DNA of 64,000 nt from Hamiltosporidium tvaerminnensis FI-OER-3-3 (Eukaryota > Fungi > Microsporidia). A model generated the notes under the pieces. That model was not told where the DNA came from. It did not search any database and was given only the letters and a program-made list of their open reading frames with translations. The DNA lies in the NCBI GenBank assembly GCA_022605425.2, contig JAKIMF020000001.1, positions 1,488,001 through 1,552,000 of the forward strand, in the 5' to 3' direction. A program made the position numbers and the translations under genes. Of the stretch, positions 62,423-64,000 are shown piece by piece (position 1 is the first letter of the stretch; each line of letters starts with the position of its first letter).

Positions 62423-63900
62423 TTTTTTTAAAAATATTTTTCTACTTAATATGGTATTTAAATATTAAAGAAGAGAAAAATTATTCTTTAGTTTAAATTT
62501 ACTTTCTTTATTTTTTATATCAATTTAGCAGTTTTTTTTAGTATTTTTATAAAATTTCAATCTTTCAGTGAACAATTTATAAGAAATTGGTGTATGAATA
62601 TTTATTTTTCGATTAATTTCTACAGTATTTTACCTTAAATGAGAAAAAAAATCTCGCAAAAATTTTTCTCTTTAAGAATCAATAAAAAAACCAATTTCTC
62701 AATGGGAAATCAATTTAATCAGTTTTGAAAGACCAAAAATATTATTATTTCCGTGAATAAATCCATTTTAATTGACATATTTTTATAAAAGAAAATAATA
62801 TTTTAACTATTAGATTAGAAGAGCTTTAATATACTAAAGATCTTTGTAATTTTTAGTTAGTAAAAATTATAAACTCAATATTTTGATTTAAAAATAAATT
62901 ACGAAACCATTTATTGTTATGGCATCTACTTTAATTTTTAGATTTCGAGTTTATTCATTTATTGTTCAAAAAAAGACTTTTTTTGTAACATTTTTTATTA
63001 ATAGTTTTAGTGTTGGTTTAAAGTGTAAAAAAACGATTTTCAAATATGATTCGCAATTATACAGTAAATTTAAGAGCTTTTTTAATTTGGTTGCATTGAA
63101 TTTTTTATTTTAGAATATGTTTTTCAGTAAAAGACAAACCAATTAGAAACAAATTTATGTTTGTAAAAAAATAAAAAATTTATCTATAAAGCACTAGAAT
63201 CTTATATCGAAAAAATTAAACATTTTTTTGGTTTTAAAAATCTTTATTTGATAAAATAATGATAGAATTGTCACAAGAGATATTAAAATATGAAGAAAAG
63301 AAAATAAAATTTGGCACAATCATATAAATATAAATATAATTTATATTTAATTTATGTATTACTTTTAGGCTATCAAAAAACTGATTATATTGATTTGGGA
63401 TCCGAAAAAAAACATAAAATAATCTTTTATAACTTGAAATTAGAAAAAATGAGCTTGGAAATTTATAAATAAAATGTTTTCAATCAGGTATAAAATTATA
63501 GATAATAAAAAGTTAATCCCTCTCTAATCTAGAAAAAATTCATGTTCTTCGTTTGTTCAAAAATAAAATCAGATGCTGATTTTGTTTTAATTATTTAGTT
63601 ACTTTTGCCACAGAAGTATATTTTATCTTCATTTTTAAATGCGTAGCCTGTTAAAAATTGATTGGAATTTCAGTCAAATTCTCCATACGAGTTCATATAT
63701 GTTATTTAGATATATATAAAATGTTTTAAACTCAATGTTTTAGACTTCAAACGAAATTTTTAATTATCTTCTTAAATATTAAATCAAAAACACTGAATTT
63801 TTGATGAATTAAACCATTCTGTATGATTATGATAAAGTTATTATATTGAAAAAAAATAATCTTATTTTATCACATAATTAATTATTTCTAAAAAATCTAA

Positions 63901-64000
63901 TGCGGAAAGAGGATAACCACATAAAAAGCTTACTGCTGACAATGAGTATGAAGTTTATGTCAAGATCATTGTTTGGATTTTTAGTTAGAATAAAACCGCA
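63901..64000 (+). repeat. Third member of the structured element family, truncated by the window end
   Basis: TGCGGAAAGAGGATAACCACATAAAAAGCT..AGATCATTGTTTGGATTTTT..GAATAAAACCGCA aligns closely with 49497-49597. Confidence 0.85.

Noticed and set aside
1253-63113. Numerous short ORFs antisense to or overlapping real genes/TEs, or low-complexity F/I/K/N-rich ORFs (e.g. 1253-1564, 3500-3754, 13532-13849, 21044-21448, 27132-27461, 62919-63113)
   Set aside because: Shadow frames or chance ORFs in AT-rich DNA; many lack ATG or a CCC motif and none has a recognisable domain

Overview
Very AT-rich, gene-sparse eukaryotic DNA, most consistent with a large-genome microsporidian. This is an inference from the compact and divergent fungal-type housekeeping genes, which are almost all intronless, and from a CCC motif just upstream of most start codons. 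Recognisable genes are MCM7, uracil-DNA glycosylase, poly(A)-binding protein, a p24/emp24 cargo receptor interrupted by one in-frame TAA, a RhoGAP, a membrane J-protein with HPN instead of HPD, a small SNARE, a DH-PH multidomain GTPase regulator, a Uso1/p115 head domain, a SUZ12-like (C2H2 + VEFS) protein and tRNA-Ala(CGC). There are also two paralogous 3-TM orphan proteins and other orphans. Intergenic space is largely transposon debris: a TIR-flanked integrase element with TTAA duplications, at least six loci of one RT/restriction-like-endonuclease (R4/NeSL-type) non-LTR family, RTE LINE fragments and a probable Ty3/gypsy relic. The most striking unexplained object is a GC-enriched, non-coding ~690-bp element (49497-50190) that folds into a large nested multi-helix structure. 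Two relatives lie in the window (60830-61016 and 63901-end). The short relative keeps the conserved 5' core and terminal helix but replaces ~550 nt of internal domains with one hairpin, suggesting an undescribed structured RNA family. All protein and RNA calls are by eye; no database search or folding program was run.
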